Assembly: GCA_025356575.1 (NCBI GenBank)
Contig: JANXSP010000095.1
Coordinates: 1,503-65,502, forward strand
Direction of reading: 5' to 3'
Length of the DNA: 64,000 bases
Origin: Novosphingobium sp.
GTDB taxonomy: Bacteria; Pseudomonadota; Alphaproteobacteria; Sphingomonadales; Sphingomonadaceae
The position numbers and the translations under genes are program-made. Shown here one piece after another: positions 7,775 to 16,788 of the stretch; the stretch's first letter is position 1; each line of letters begins with the position of its first letter. The notes beneath the pieces were generated by a model. That model saw only the letters and a program-made list of their open reading frames with translations. It was not told the origin of the DNA and ran no database searches.

Positions 7775-10323
7775 TTGGCCGCGGCTTTCTTGGGCGCTGC
7801 CTTCTTCTTGGCCGGAGCTTTCTTCTTCGCGGGGGCGCGCTTCTTGCCCTTGGCCGGGCCCTTGGCGGCGCGCTCGTCGATCAGCGTCACGGCCTCCTCG
7901 GCGGTCAGTTCCTCGGGCTTCTTGTCGCGCGGGAGCGTGGCGTTGGTCGTACCGTCGGTGACATAAGGGCCATAGCGCCCGGCCATCAGCTTCATCTCGC
8001 CGCCCGAGGTGGGGTGCGCGCCGAACACCGCGATCGGTTCAGCTGCCGCGCGGGCGCCGCGCCCGCCCCCGGCAGCCGCTTCGGCCAGCTTGGTCACCGC
8101 GCTGTTCATCCCGGTCTCGAACACTTCGGCGGTCGCACGCAGTTTTGCGTACTTGCCAGAATGCGCGAGGTACGGCCCGTAACGTCCTATACTGGCAGTG
8201 ATCGGTTCGCCGCTTTCGGGATGCGCGCCGATCGTGCGCGGCAGGCTGAGCAGTTTGATCGCCCATTCCAGATCGAGCTCGGGAATGTCCTTGGGGATGG
8301 AGGAGCGCTTGGCCTCCTTGCCCTCTCCCATCTCTATATACGGGCCGAACCGGCCGACCTTGCGCGTGATCGGCAGGTCGGTTTCGGGATGGATCCCGAT
8401 CGCGCCGTCGCCGGCATCGGCCTCGCCCCCGGGCTGTGCAAATTTGCGCGTGTATTTGCACTCGGGGTAGTTCGAGCACGCGACGAATGCGCCGAACCGG
8501 CCGCCGCGCAGCGCCAGTTCGCCGCCTTCGCGCCCTTCGGCGACACAGGCCGGGCACTTGCGCGGATCCGATCCGTCCTCCTTGGGCGGGAACAGATAAT
8601 CGGCCAGAAACAGGTCGAGCGCCTTGGTGATGTCGGACGGCTTCTGCTCCATCACCTCGTCGGATTTGGGCTTGAAATCCTTCCAGAACGCGGCGAGCAC
8701 TTCCTTCCACGCGGCGCGGCCGCCGGAGACCTCATCGAGCTCGTCTTCCATCCCCGCGGTGAACTCGTAGGCCACATAACGTTCGAAAAACCGCTCGAGA
8801 AACGCGGTCAGCAACCGCCCGCTTTCCTCTGCGAAGAAACGGTTTTTCTCGGTCCGCACATAGTTTCGGTCCTTGAGGACCTGGAGCGTCGCGGCATAGG
8901 TCGAAGGCCGTCCGATGCCGAGTTCCTCGAGTCGCTTGACCAGGCTGGCCTCCGAATAGCGCGGCGGCGGTTGGGTGAAGTGCTGTGCGGCATCGACCGC
9001 GCGCTTGGCCGGGGCATCGCCCTTGACCATCGCCGGAAGAAGCGCGCTGTCTTCGTCGTCCCCGCTCGCCCCGACGTCGGTGCTTTCCTCGTAAACCGCC
9101 AGGAATCCTGGGAACTTGATGACTTGACCGGTGGCGCGCAGCTCGTGCTGGCCGGTGCCGTCCAACAAGCTGACGCTGGTCCGCTCGATGAGTGCCGAGG
9201 CCATCTGACTGGCCATCGCGCGCTTGTAGATCAGATCGTAGAGCCGCGCTTCGTCGCCGTTGCTGAACTTGTCCCTGGTGAACTCGGTCGGGCGGATTGC
9301 TTCGTGGGCTTCCTGCGCGTTCTTCGCTTTGGTTTCATAAATGCGTGGTTTGTCAGGGAGATAGTGGCCGTTGTAACGGTCGGTTATCGCCGCGCGCGCG
9401 GCCGAGATGGCGCTGTGATCCATCTGCACGCCATCGGTCCGCATATAAGTGATCGCGCCCGCCTCGTACAAGTTCTGGGCCACGCGCATCGTGTGGCTCG
9501 CCGAGAAGCCGAGCTTGCGCGCCGCCTCCTGCTGGAGCGTCGAGGTCGTGAACGGCGGATAGGGATTGCGCCGCTGCGGCTTGACCTCGACATCCTCGAC
9601 CCGGAACACCGCGCCTTCGACCGCAGCCTTGGCGCGCATCGCGGTGCCTTCTTCGCCCAGGCTCAGCCGGTCGATCTTGTCGCCCGCAAACCGGACCAGC
9701 CGCGCCGCAAACGCGGTTCCGCCCTGCTCCAGCGTCGCGACAACCGACCAGTACTCCTGCGGCTTGAACACCTCGATCTCGCGCTCGCGCTGGACGATCA
9801 GGCGCAGCGCGACCGACTGCACCCGCCCCGCCGATTTGGCTCCGGGCAGCTTGCGCCACAGCACCGGCGAGAGCGTGAACCCGAACAGATAGTCGAGCGC
9901 GCGCCGGGCGAGGTAGGCATCGATCAGATCATGATCGAGATCGCGCGGCGCTTTCATGGCGTCGGTCACCGCCTGCTTGGTGATCGCGTTGAAGGTGACC
10001 CGCTCAACCTCCTTGGGCAGCGCCTTGCGCTTGGCGAGCAGTTCGCGGACGTGCCACGATATCGCCTCGCCTTCGCGGTCGGGATCGGTCGCGAGGATGA
10101 GCCGGTCGGCGGTCTTGGCGGCATCGGTGATCGCTTTGACGCGGCTCGCCTTGTCGCCGTACATTTCCCAGTCCATCGCAAAGTCGTCGTCGGGGCGGAC
10201 CGATCCGTCCTTGGGCGGAAGATCGCGGATGTGACCGTAACTGGCGAGGACCTTGTAGTCCTTGCCGAGGTAACCTTCGATGGTCTTGGCCTTGGCGGGC
10301 GATTCGACGATGACGAGTTGCAT
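7771..10323 (-). CDS. topA: DNA topoisomerase I (type IA) with a Lys/Ala-rich C-terminal tail
   Basis: MQLVIVESPAKAKTIE Toprim start, zinc-ribbon CPxC repeats, 850 aa. Confidence 0.95.
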   Translation of the reverse strand: MQLVIVESPAKAKTIEGYLGKDYKVLASYGHIRDLPPKDGSVRPDDDFAMDWEMYGDKASRVKAITDAAKTADRLILATDPDREGEAISWHVRELLAKRKALPKEVERVTFNAITKQAVTDAMKAPRDLDHDLIDAYLARRALDYLFGFTLSPVLWRKLPGAKSAGRVQSVALRLIVQREREIEVFKPQEYWSVVATLEQGGTAFAARLVRFAGDKIDRLSLGEEGTAMRAKAAVEGAVFRVEDVEVKPQRRNPYPPFTTSTLQQEAARKLGFSASHTMRVAQNLYEAGAITYMRTDGVQMDHSAISAARAAITDRYNGHYLPDKPRIYETKAKNAQEAHEAIRPTEFTRDKFSNGDEARLYDLIYKRAMASQMASALIERTSVSLLDGTGQHELRATGQVIKFPGFLAVYEESTDVGASGDDEDSALLPAMVKGDAPAKRAVDAAQHFTQPPPRYSEASLVKRLEELGIGRPSTYAATLQVLKDRNYVRTEKNRFFAEESGRLLTAFLERFFERYVAYEFTAGMEDELDEVSGGRAAWKEVLAAFWKDFKPKSDEVMEQKPSDITKALDLFLADYLFPPKEDGSDPRKCPACVAEGREGGELALRGGRFGAFVACSNYPECKYTRKFAQPGGEADAGDGAIGIHPETDLPITRKVGRFGPYIEMGEGKEAKRSSIPKDIPELDLEWAIKLLSLPRTIGAHPESGEPITASIGRYGPYLAHSGKYAKLRATAEVFETGMNSAVTKLAEAAAGGGRGARAAAEPIAVFGAHPTSGGEMKLMAGRYGPYVTDGTTNATLPRDKKPEELTAEEAVTLIDERAAKGPAKGKKRAPAKKKAPAKKKAAPKKAAAK

Positions 10324-10426
10324 GGAAGTTCAGGGTATCCTGCTTGGCGAAGCGCGGTTTGCCTCGTGTGTACGTGTACGTGAGGGTGGTGGGCATACAT
10401 CCGCCCCGTCAAGCGCCTTCGAAAAA

Positions 10427-11557
10427 TCAGCCCTGGCTCAACCCGACCCGTCCCGCCGCGTGACGGACCAGCCGACCGCCAAGCTCCAGCTCGAGCAGCG
10501 CAAGCTGCACCGCCGCGGCGCTTTGTCCCGACTGGCGGATCAGCTCGTCGATCGCGACGGGCGCGGTGGTGAGCAGGCCGGCGATATCCGCGGGACCTTC
10601 GGCCAGTTCGCCGGCATCGTAGGCAAAGGCATGTGCGGTATCGCGGAAGTGCGAGCGCGGGGTTCCGGCGAACCCTTCGAGCAGTTCGATCACGTCGGCG
10701 GGCGACTGGACGAGCACCGCCCCGTCGCGAATGAGCTGGTTGCAGCCTTGGCTGCGGCTGTCGAGCGGTGAACCCGGGATCGCCATGACCTCGCGCCCGG
10801 CCTCGCCCGCCAGCCGCGCCGTGATCAGCGAGCCCGACCGAGGCGCCGCCTCGACCACCACGGTCCCTGCGGCGAGCCCGGCGATGATCCGGTTGCGCGA
10901 TGGAAAGTGGCGCGCCAGCGGTTCGGTTCCGGGCGGCTGTTCGGCGATCAGCAGCGCCTCGCCGGCGATCTGTTCCTGGAGATCGCGGTGGTCGGGCGGG
11001 TAGGCGATGTCGATCCCGCTGGCGATGACCCCGATCGTGCCGCCGCCTTCCGTTCCGGCCCCGGACAAGGCCCCGCGGTGCGCCGCGCCATCGATCCCGC
11101 GGGCCAGACCCGAGACGACGATCAGCCCGGCTTCGGCCAGCGCCGCGCCGAAATCGCGCGCCAGCTTGACCGCCGCTGCCGACGCGTTGCGCGCGCCGAC
11201 GATCGCCACCGCGGGCTGTGCCAGCAGGGCGGTATTGCCGCGCACCGTGAGGATCGGCGGCGCGCTGTCGAGTTCGGCAAGCAATCCCGGGTACTCGGGC
11301 GAATCGAGGAACAGATAGCGCGCGCCGGTCTTGCGCACCGCGGAAATCTCAGCGGCAATGCGCTCCGCCGGTGCGGGGCGGTATGAGCCGCCGCGGCGTC
11401 CGGCGAGATCGGGCAAGGCCTCCAGCGCCGTTGTCCCACTGCCGAACCGTGCGAGCAACTGGCGGTAGGTGATCGGGCCCACGTTGGGCGAGCGGAGCAG
11501 ACGAATCCGCGCAAACGCTTCATCCTGCGTCAGCGTTTCGGGGGGCGCCAGGCTCAT
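10427..11557 (-). CDS. dprA: DNA-processing protein DprA (Smf)
   Basis: C-terminal 376 aa of track ORF 10427..12913. GARNASAAA...SGLARGIDGAAH Rossmann-like DprA motifs. The ATG at 11557 overlaps the plsY stop (ATGA). Confidence 0.88.
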   Translation of the reverse strand: MSLAPPETLTQDEAFARIRLLRSPNVGPITYRQLLARFGSGTTALEALPDLAGRRGGSYRPAPAERIAAEISAVRKTGARYLFLDSPEYPGLLAELDSAPPILTVRGNTALLAQPAVAIVGARNASAAAVKLARDFGAALAEAGLIVVSGLARGIDGAAHRGALSGAGTEGGGTIGVIASGIDIAYPPDHRDLQEQIAGEALLIAEQPPGTEPLARHFPSRNRIIAGLAAGTVVVEAAPRSGSLITARLAGEAGREVMAIPGSPLDSRSQGCNQLIRDGAVLVQSPADVIELLEGFAGTPRSHFRDTAHAFAYDAGELAEGPADIAGLLTTAPVAIDELIRQSGQSAAAVQLALLELELGGRLVRHAAGRVGLSQG

Positions 11558-12138
11558 CGCTGCTTGCCGCCGACGCGCGGTTCGGTCCCGGCGCGCAGGC
11601 GGGCAATGTTGGCCCGGTGGCGCCACACGACGACCAGCGCGATTCCCGCCAGTGCTGCGATCAGCTCTCCCCGCCCCAGTGCCCAGGCGGCGATCGGGCC
11701 GACGGCAGCGGCGCTCATCCCCCCGAGCGACGAGATCCGCGAGGTTGCGAAGACCGCGAGCCACACGCCCGCGCAGGCCAGCGCTATGGGCCACGACAGC
11801 GCCAGCGCGACGCCGAGCGCGGTGGCCACGCCCTTCCCGCCCTTGAACCCCAGCCAGACCGGAAAGCAGTGTCCGACGATCGCGGCAAGCCCCGCCAGCG
11901 GCGCCCATTGCGGCCAGAAGTACGCGGCAAGCACCACCGCCACGCCGCCCTTTGCGGCATCGAGCAGCAGCGTCGCGGCGGCCAGGCCCTTGCGCCCGGT
12001 GCGCAACACGTTGGTTGCCCCGATGCTGCCCGAGCCAATGGCGCGCAGATCGCCCGCGCCGAACATCCGCGTCAGGACCAGCCCGAACGGGATCGAGCCG
12101 AGCAGATAGGCGAGTGCGAGGGGGATAACCGCGTCCAT
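11554..12138 (-). CDS. plsY: glycerol-3-phosphate acyltransferase PlsY
   Basis: LLGSIPFG...GSGSIGATNVLR PlsY signature. 194 aa polytopic membrane protein. Confidence 0.9.
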   Translation of the reverse strand: MDAVIPLALAYLLGSIPFGLVLTRMFGAGDLRAIGSGSIGATNVLRTGRKGLAAATLLLDAAKGGVAVVLAAYFWPQWAPLAGLAAIVGHCFPVWLGFKGGKGVATALGVALALSWPIALACAGVWLAVFATSRISSLGGMSAAAVGPIAAWALGRGELIAALAGIALVVVWRHRANIARLRAGTEPRVGGKQR

Positions 12139-12171
12139 GTCCGATCCCTATCCGTTCGGGCCGAGCTTGTC

Positions 12172-12261
12172 GAAGCCCTGTCCCCTGTGGAAGCCCTGTC
12201 CTTTGTCGAAGCCCTGTCCCTTGTGGAAGCCCGGTCCTTTGCCGAAACCCTGTCCTTTTCT
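12172..12261. repeat. tandem repeat, 5 x 18 bp (consensus GAAGCCCTGTCCYYTGTS), in the plsY/murI divergent spacer
   Basis: Units read at 12172, 12190, 12208, 12226 and 12244. They are contiguous, with no spacers. Confidence 0.9.
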
Positions 12262-12316
12262 GCGCGGCGGTGCGAAGGAAGGACCGTGCTTCGATACGCT
12301 CAGCACCAACGGGGTT

Positions 12317-13150
12317 GTGACAAAGTTGGATTTTCCCAAGGTCGATCCCGCCGCCCCGATCCTGTTGTTCGATTCGGGGGTCGGCGGGCTGTCGGTTCTG
12401 GCCGAGCTCAGAAGACTCCTGCCCCAGGCTCCGATCGTCTACGCCGCGGACAATGCCGCGCTGCCCTACGGCGACAAGAGCGAGGCGCAAATCGCGGCGC
12501 GGGTCGCCGGGCTGCTGGGGCGGATGACCGAGCGGTTTGCCCCGCGGCTGGTGTGCATCGCCTGCAACACCGCCTCGACCATTGCGCTGGCGATGGTCCG
12601 CGAGGTGCTCGAAGTGCCGATCGTCGGGACAGTCCCGGCGATCAAGCCGGCTGCGGTCGCGACACGGACGGGCACGATCGGCCTGCTCGGCACCGCGGCG
12701 ACGATCCGTCAGGGCTACGTCGATCGGCTGGAGGCGGAATTCGCGAGCGGCAAGCGTCTGCTCCGGGCGGCCGCACCCGGCCTGGTCGCCGCAGCCGAGG
12801 CCAAGCTGCGCGGCGACACGGCCGATCCTGCGGCGATTTCGGCCGCGGTCGCCGCGCTGCGCGATCAGGCTGGCGGCGGACAGATCGACGTCGTGGTCCT
12901 CGCCTGCACGCACTTCCCGCTCCTGAGCGAAGAACTCGCCGCAGCGTTTGGCCCGGCGGTTACCCTGGTCGACGGCGCGGCGGGGATCGCCCGGCGGATC
13001 GCGGTGCTAACCGCGGACCAGGGATTTGCGCGCAACGGACCCGACCTTGCAGTTTTCACGCGGTGGGACGAAGATGCCCGGCGGCTGGGACCCGCGCTGG
13101 CAGCGGCCGGGCTCGGCCGCGCCGTCCAGTTCGGGAGCGCTACGGTATGA
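12317..13150 (+). CDS. murI: glutamate racemase
   Basis: ILLFDSGVGGLSV, CIACNTAST and LACTHFPLL motifs. Track ORF starts at 12137; GTG 12317 gives a typical 277 aa. Confidence 0.85.
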   Translation: MTKLDFPKVDPAAPILLFDSGVGGLSVLAELRRLLPQAPIVYAADNAALPYGDKSEAQIAARVAGLLGRMTERFAPRLVCIACNTASTIALAMVREVLEVPIVGTVPAIKPAAVATRTGTIGLLGTAATIRQGYVDRLEAEFASGKRLLRAAAPGLVAAAEAKLRGDTADPAAISAAVAALRDQAGGGQIDVVVLACTHFPLLSEELAAAFGPAVTLVDGAAGIARRIAVLTADQGFARNGPDLAVFTRWDEDARRLGPALAAAGLGRAVQFGSATV

Positions 13151-14055
13151 AACGGACTACGCGGATATTCCTGCTGATCGCGGCGATTATCGGCATCCCG
13201 TTTTATTGGCTGCTCGTGTCGAATGCGCCGGGTCTCCAGCCCGGGCAGGGCGTGACGATCGCGCAATTGCGCGTCCTCGCTGCGCAGATGCCGGGAAAGC
13301 ATCCGACGGCGATCGAGGCCGCAGTACTCGATAAGCGCGACGTGCCGGGCGATCTGCTGGCCGCGGGAACGGGCATCGCGCGGCTGACCGCCGGGGTGAT
13401 GAGTTTTCACCTGCTGGTTCCGGGATCGCGCGCCATCGTTATCGACAGCGGCTTCGATCGCGCGACCGCGCGCCAGATGGGCTACGAGCGGTTCAATTCC
13501 GAAGCGGGCGGCCGGGTCGAAGGCTGGCTGCGCAACGCCGGATTGATCCTGCTGACGCACGAGCACCCCGACCACCTCGGCGGGCTCGCCGCACTCGGCG
13601 ACGATCCGCAAGTCATGGCCCGCGCCTTGTTGCCCGCGGCCCAGCTGACCAAGCGTCCGGCGAACCTGGGGCCCGCCTGGCCCACTCCCGCGGCTCTGGC
13701 TTCGGTGCGGCGGATGCGCGATCTGCCGCTCCAGGCTGTCGCGCCCGGCGTCGTCGCGATCCGCGCGCCCGGTCACACTCCGGGTTCGATGATGTATTTT
13801 GTCGCGCTGGGCGATGGCCGAGAGTACCTGTTCGGCGGCGATACCGTGACCACGGCGGCAAGCTGGAAACAGGGCCGCGCCCGCTCGCACTTGCTGGCGG
13901 ACTGGATCGCCCCCGAGGATCGCCGGGCAGTGCTATCGTGGCTCACGACGGTGCGCGCGCTCCACCGCGAAGCGCCGCGGATGGAAATAATCCCCGGGCA
14001 CGACATCGACTCGATCGCACAGACGCCGGGCAAGCAGGGCATTCTCCTGCAGTAA
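13147..14055 (+). CDS. MBL-fold metallo-hydrolase with an N-terminal membrane/signal segment
   Basis: THEHPDHLGG (HxHxDH) motif. The ATG at 13147 overlaps the murI stop (ATGA). C-terminal part of track ORF 11617..14055. Confidence 0.8.
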   Translation: MKRTTRIFLLIAAIIGIPFYWLLVSNAPGLQPGQGVTIAQLRVLAAQMPGKHPTAIEAAVLDKRDVPGDLLAAGTGIARLTAGVMSFHLLVPGSRAIVIDSGFDRATARQMGYERFNSEAGGRVEGWLRNAGLILLTHEHPDHLGGLAALGDDPQVMARALLPAAQLTKRPANLGPAWPTPAALASVRRMRDLPLQAVAPGVVAIRAPGHTPGSMMYFVALGDGREYLFGGDTVTTAASWKQGRARSHLLADWIAPEDRRAVLSWLTTVRALHREAPRMEIIPGHDIDSIAQTPGKQGILLQ

Positions 14056-14175
14056 TCGAGCGCGCGATTCTGGTCTGGCCTTGGCGTGCGCAGGGCGTTA
14101 AAGGCGAGCAGCGGCACAGTCTGGACCGGAGCCGCCCTCCCCCGCCGCGGTGCGGGAACATGGCAGGGGAAGCGC

Positions 14176-15396
14176 GTGAACTACGATCAGGTTTTCGACG
14201 CAGCGATCGATCGTCTGCACGACGAAGGTCGGTACCGCGTGTTCATCGATATCCTGCGCAACAAAGGTGCCTATCCCAACGCGCGCTGTTTTGCCGGGCA
14301 CAACGGGCCCAAGCCGATCACGGTGTGGTGTTCGAACGATTACCTCGCAATGGGCCAGCATCCCAAGGTCATTGCCGCGATGGAAGAAGCGCTCCACGAT
14401 GTCGGCGCGGGATCGGGCGGCACCCGCAACATCGGCGGCAACACTCATTATCACATCCAGCTCGAGCGGGAATTGGCCGATCTTCACGGCAAGGACGGCG
14501 CGCTGCTGTTCACCTCGGGCTACGTCTCGAACGATGCGACGCTCTCGACCATGGCCAAGGTCCTGCCCGGCTGCGTGATCTTTTCGGACGAACTGAACCA
14601 CGCCAGCATGATCGCGGGGATCCGCAATTCGGGCGCCGAGAAGAAGGTGTTCCGGCACAACGATCTCGTGCATCTCGAACAGTTGCTGGCCGAGACCGAC
14701 CCCGCAGTGCCCAAGCTGATCGCGTTCGAAAGTGTCTATTCGATGGACGGCGACGTCGCCCCGATCCACGCGATCTGCGATCTGGCGGACAAGTACAACG
14801 CGCTGACCTATATCGACGAAGTCCATGCGGTGGGGATGTACGGCCCGCGCGGCGGCGGGATTTCCGAACGCGACGAAGCCGCGCACCGGATCACGATCAT
14901 CGAGGGCACGCTGGGCAAGGCGTTCGGGGTGATGGGCGGCTATATCGCTGCGGATACCCGGATCGTCGATGTGATCCGCAGTTATGCGCCGGGGTTCATC
15001 TTCACCACTTCGCTGTCGCCCGTGCTGGTCGCAGGCGTGCTGGCCGCCGTACGCCATCTCAAGGGTTCGAACGCGGAACGCGAGGCCCAGCAGGCCAACG
15101 CTTCGGCGCTCAAGACCATGCTGGCCGAGGCCGGGCTCCCGGTCATGCCATCGACCACGCATATCGTTCCGCTGATGGTCGGCGACCCCGTCCGCGCCAA
15201 GCGGATCAGCGATATCTTGCTCGCCGAATACGGGGTCTACGTCCAGCCGATCAACTATCCCACGGTGCCGCGCGGGACAGAGCGGCTGCGCTTCACCCCC
15301 GGCCCGGCGCACACTGCGGCGATGATGCGCGACCTGACCGCGGCGCTGAGCGAAATCTGGCAGCGCCTGGCGCTCGAACAAGTCCGCGCCGCGTAG
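14176..15396 (+). CDS. hemA: 5-aminolevulinate synthase
   Basis: [14 protein letters not shown]..., [28 protein letters not shown] 14176 is preceded by GGGGAAG. Confidence 0.92.
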   Translation: MNYDQVFDAAIDRLHDEGRYRVFIDILRNKGAYPNARCFAGHNGPKPITVWCSNDYLAMGQHPKVIAAMEEALHDVGAGSGGTRNIGGNTHYHIQLERELADLHGKDGALLFTSGYVSNDATLSTMAKVLPGCVIFSDELNHASMIAGIRNSGAEKKVFRHNDLVHLEQLLAETDPAVPKLIAFESVYSMDGDVAPIHAICDLADKYNALTYIDEVHAVGMYGPRGGGISERDEAAHRITIIEGTLGKAFGVMGGYIAADTRIVDVIRSYAPGFIFTTSLSPVLVAGVLAAVRHLKGSNAEREAQQANASALKTMLAEAGLPVMPSTTHIVPLMVGDPVRAKRISDILLAEYGVYVQPINYPTVPRGTERLRFTPGPAHTAAMMRDLTAALSEIWQRLALEQVRAA

Positions 15397-15546
15397 CCGC
15401 CGCGCGGCGAGCGAGGCCTTCAACGCGTTGGAGAATCCGTGCGGCCTCCCGTTTGGGATGCGGTATCAACGCGCGCGGGATTTGCCCGCGCGAATCGGGT
15501 CTGGGCAAATCGCCACCAGGCAAACAATAAAAAACGGGAGAGTGGT

Positions 15547-16704
15547 ATGGCCGAAGATTGGGCTGCAAACGTCAAGAAGTATGTCCCCGATGCGGACGAC
15601 GGCGCCATCGCCGGCATCGTCCGTTATTGCGGGATAGCGCTGCAAAAGCGCGATTCCTCGCTCGTTTCGATGGGCGATCCGGCCGAAACCTCGCGGGTCC
15701 GCGAAAATTTTCTCAAGAAGAAACTCGGGCTTACGCAAAGCGACGCCGATCTGGACGCCAGCATTGCCGAAGTCGGCCAGCGGATGAAGGGTGAAAACTT
15801 CAAGAACCGCGTGACGGTCTATTACCTGCTCGCCGAAAAGCACGGTCTGCTCGGCACGTTCCTCAAGCCCGCAGCAACCAAGGGCGCGGCTGTTGCTGGC
15901 GGCGCGGCCGCTGTTGGCGGCGCGGCCGCAGTCCTCGGCGCTGCGATGGAGCCGAGTTCCGCGCCTGCTGCTGCACCCGCCGCGATGGCGCCGGTGCCAC
16001 CACCTGTGGCGCCTGCTCCGGCCCCGGTCACGCCGAAAGTCGCGCCTCTGGCCGCTGCAACCGGTGCGGCAGCGCTGGGTTCGGCGGCGCTTGCCGCCGA
16101 TGCGCGCGAGACCGATCGTCCGGCCACGCCCACGACCTACGACCGCGAGCCGCTGGTGACCGACACAGCCGATTCCGGCGGGCGCGGCTGGTTGCCGTGG
16201 TTGCTGCTCGGTGCCGGCATCCTCGCGTTGATCCTGCTGCTGAGCCGCTGCGGCCACCACGATGCCGACGATGTCGCACCGATGGCGACCGACACTGCCG
16301 CGGCCAGCGCCATGGAAACCCCGACCGGGACTTCGGCCCCGGTGGTAGTGCCGACCGGTGCCGGGATAACGAGCGAGACCCGGGCCGGCAAGCCGGTGCT
16401 GGTGACCTACTTCGACACCGGCAAAGCTGCAGTGGCCCCGGCATTCGCCGAGGCAACCGCGCCGCTGAAGGACTATCTCAAGGCCAACGCCGGCAGTTCG
16501 CTGGCGGTTTCGGGCTTCACCGATGCGACCGGCAATGCCGCCGCGAACGCGGTCCTGTCCAAGAACCGGGCTGCTGCGGTCAAAGCCGCGCTGGTTGCCG
16601 CGGGAATCCCCGAAGCGGCCATCGCCATGGTCAAACCAGCCGATACGACCGGCGCCTCGGGCAACAACGCCAACGGCCGCCGGGTGGAAGTCACCGTCAA
16701 GTAA
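15547..16704 (+). CDS. DUF2853 domain / Ala-Pro-rich linker / TM helix / OmpA-like peptidoglycan-binding domain fusion protein
   Basis: N-terminus ...NFLKKKLGL...RVTVYYLLAEKHG resembles DUF2853. TM segment WLPWLLLGAGILALILLLS. C-terminus ...VSGFTDATGNAAANAVLSKNRAAAV...GRRVEV is OmpA_C-like. GGGAGAG RBS lies before the ATG at 15547. Confidence 0.75.
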   Translation: MAEDWAANVKKYVPDADDGAIAGIVRYCGIALQKRDSSLVSMGDPAETSRVRENFLKKKLGLTQSDADLDASIAEVGQRMKGENFKNRVTVYYLLAEKHGLLGTFLKPAATKGAAVAGGAAAVGGAAAVLGAAMEPSSAPAAAPAAMAPVPPPVAPAPAPVTPKVAPLAAATGAAALGSAALAADARETDRPATPTTYDREPLVTDTADSGGRGWLPWLLLGAGILALILLLSRCGHHDADDVAPMATDTAAASAMETPTGTSAPVVVPTGAGITSETRAGKPVLVTYFDTGKAAVAPAFAEATAPLKDYLKANAGSSLAVSGFTDATGNAAANAVLSKNRAAAVKAALVAAGIPEAAIAMVKPADTTGASGNNANGRRVEVTVK

Positions 16705-16716
16705 GTTCGGTAAATG

Positions 16717-16758
16717 CAAAAACGGCCGGTCGGGAGCAATCCCGGCCGGCCGTTTTGT
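16717..16758. terminator. bidirectional intrinsic-terminator-like hairpin between convergent genes
   Basis: AAAAACGGCCGGTCGGG-AGCAAT-CCCGGCCGGCCGTTTTG: an ~11-bp GC stem flanked by an A-run and a T-run. Confidence 0.7.
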
Positions 16759-16788
16759 ATTCGAACCTAACGCCGGCTGTATTCGAAC

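Noticed and set aside
8014-10383. 789-aa plus-strand ORF opposite topA. Similar very long antisense ORFs lie at 40571..43141 (opposite dnaE), 32476..34836 (opposite slt), 45201..47081 (opposite purF) and 37799..39826 (opposite the acyl-CoA ligase).
   Set aside because: Their translations are Arg/Gly/Ala/Pro-rich low-complexity sequence with no recognisable motifs. The opposite strands encode textbook proteins. This is typical GC-rich shadow-ORF behaviour.
12172-12261. Possible CRISPR array, given the regular 18-bp repeats.
   Set aside because: The repeats are directly contiguous with no unique spacers. The units are far shorter than CRISPR repeats, and no cas genes are nearby.
12137-12316. 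ATG at 12137 as the murI start, giving a Cys/Pro-rich 60-aa N-terminal extension.
   Set aside because: This ATG shares bases with the plsY ATG on the other strand (CATG), which leaves no promoter. The extension is the repeat array read in frame. GTG 12317 gives a canonical-length MurI.
12148-12339. 63-aa minus ORF encoding (K/R)GQGFx hexapeptide repeats upstream of plsY.
   Set aside because: It has a TTG start and lower third-position G/C than neighbouring genes. It overlaps the probable murI start, and its repeat part is simply the 18-bp array read in frame. I did not call it as a CDS, but I flag it inside the repeat finding.
10427-12913. 828-aa minus ORF and 812-aa plus ORF (11617..14055) spanning several genes.
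   Set aside because: Only their C-terminal parts (DprA, and the MBL hydrolase) look like real proteins. The upstream parts run antisense or out of frame through plsY and murI. Internal ATGs with ATGA coupling give normal-length proteins.
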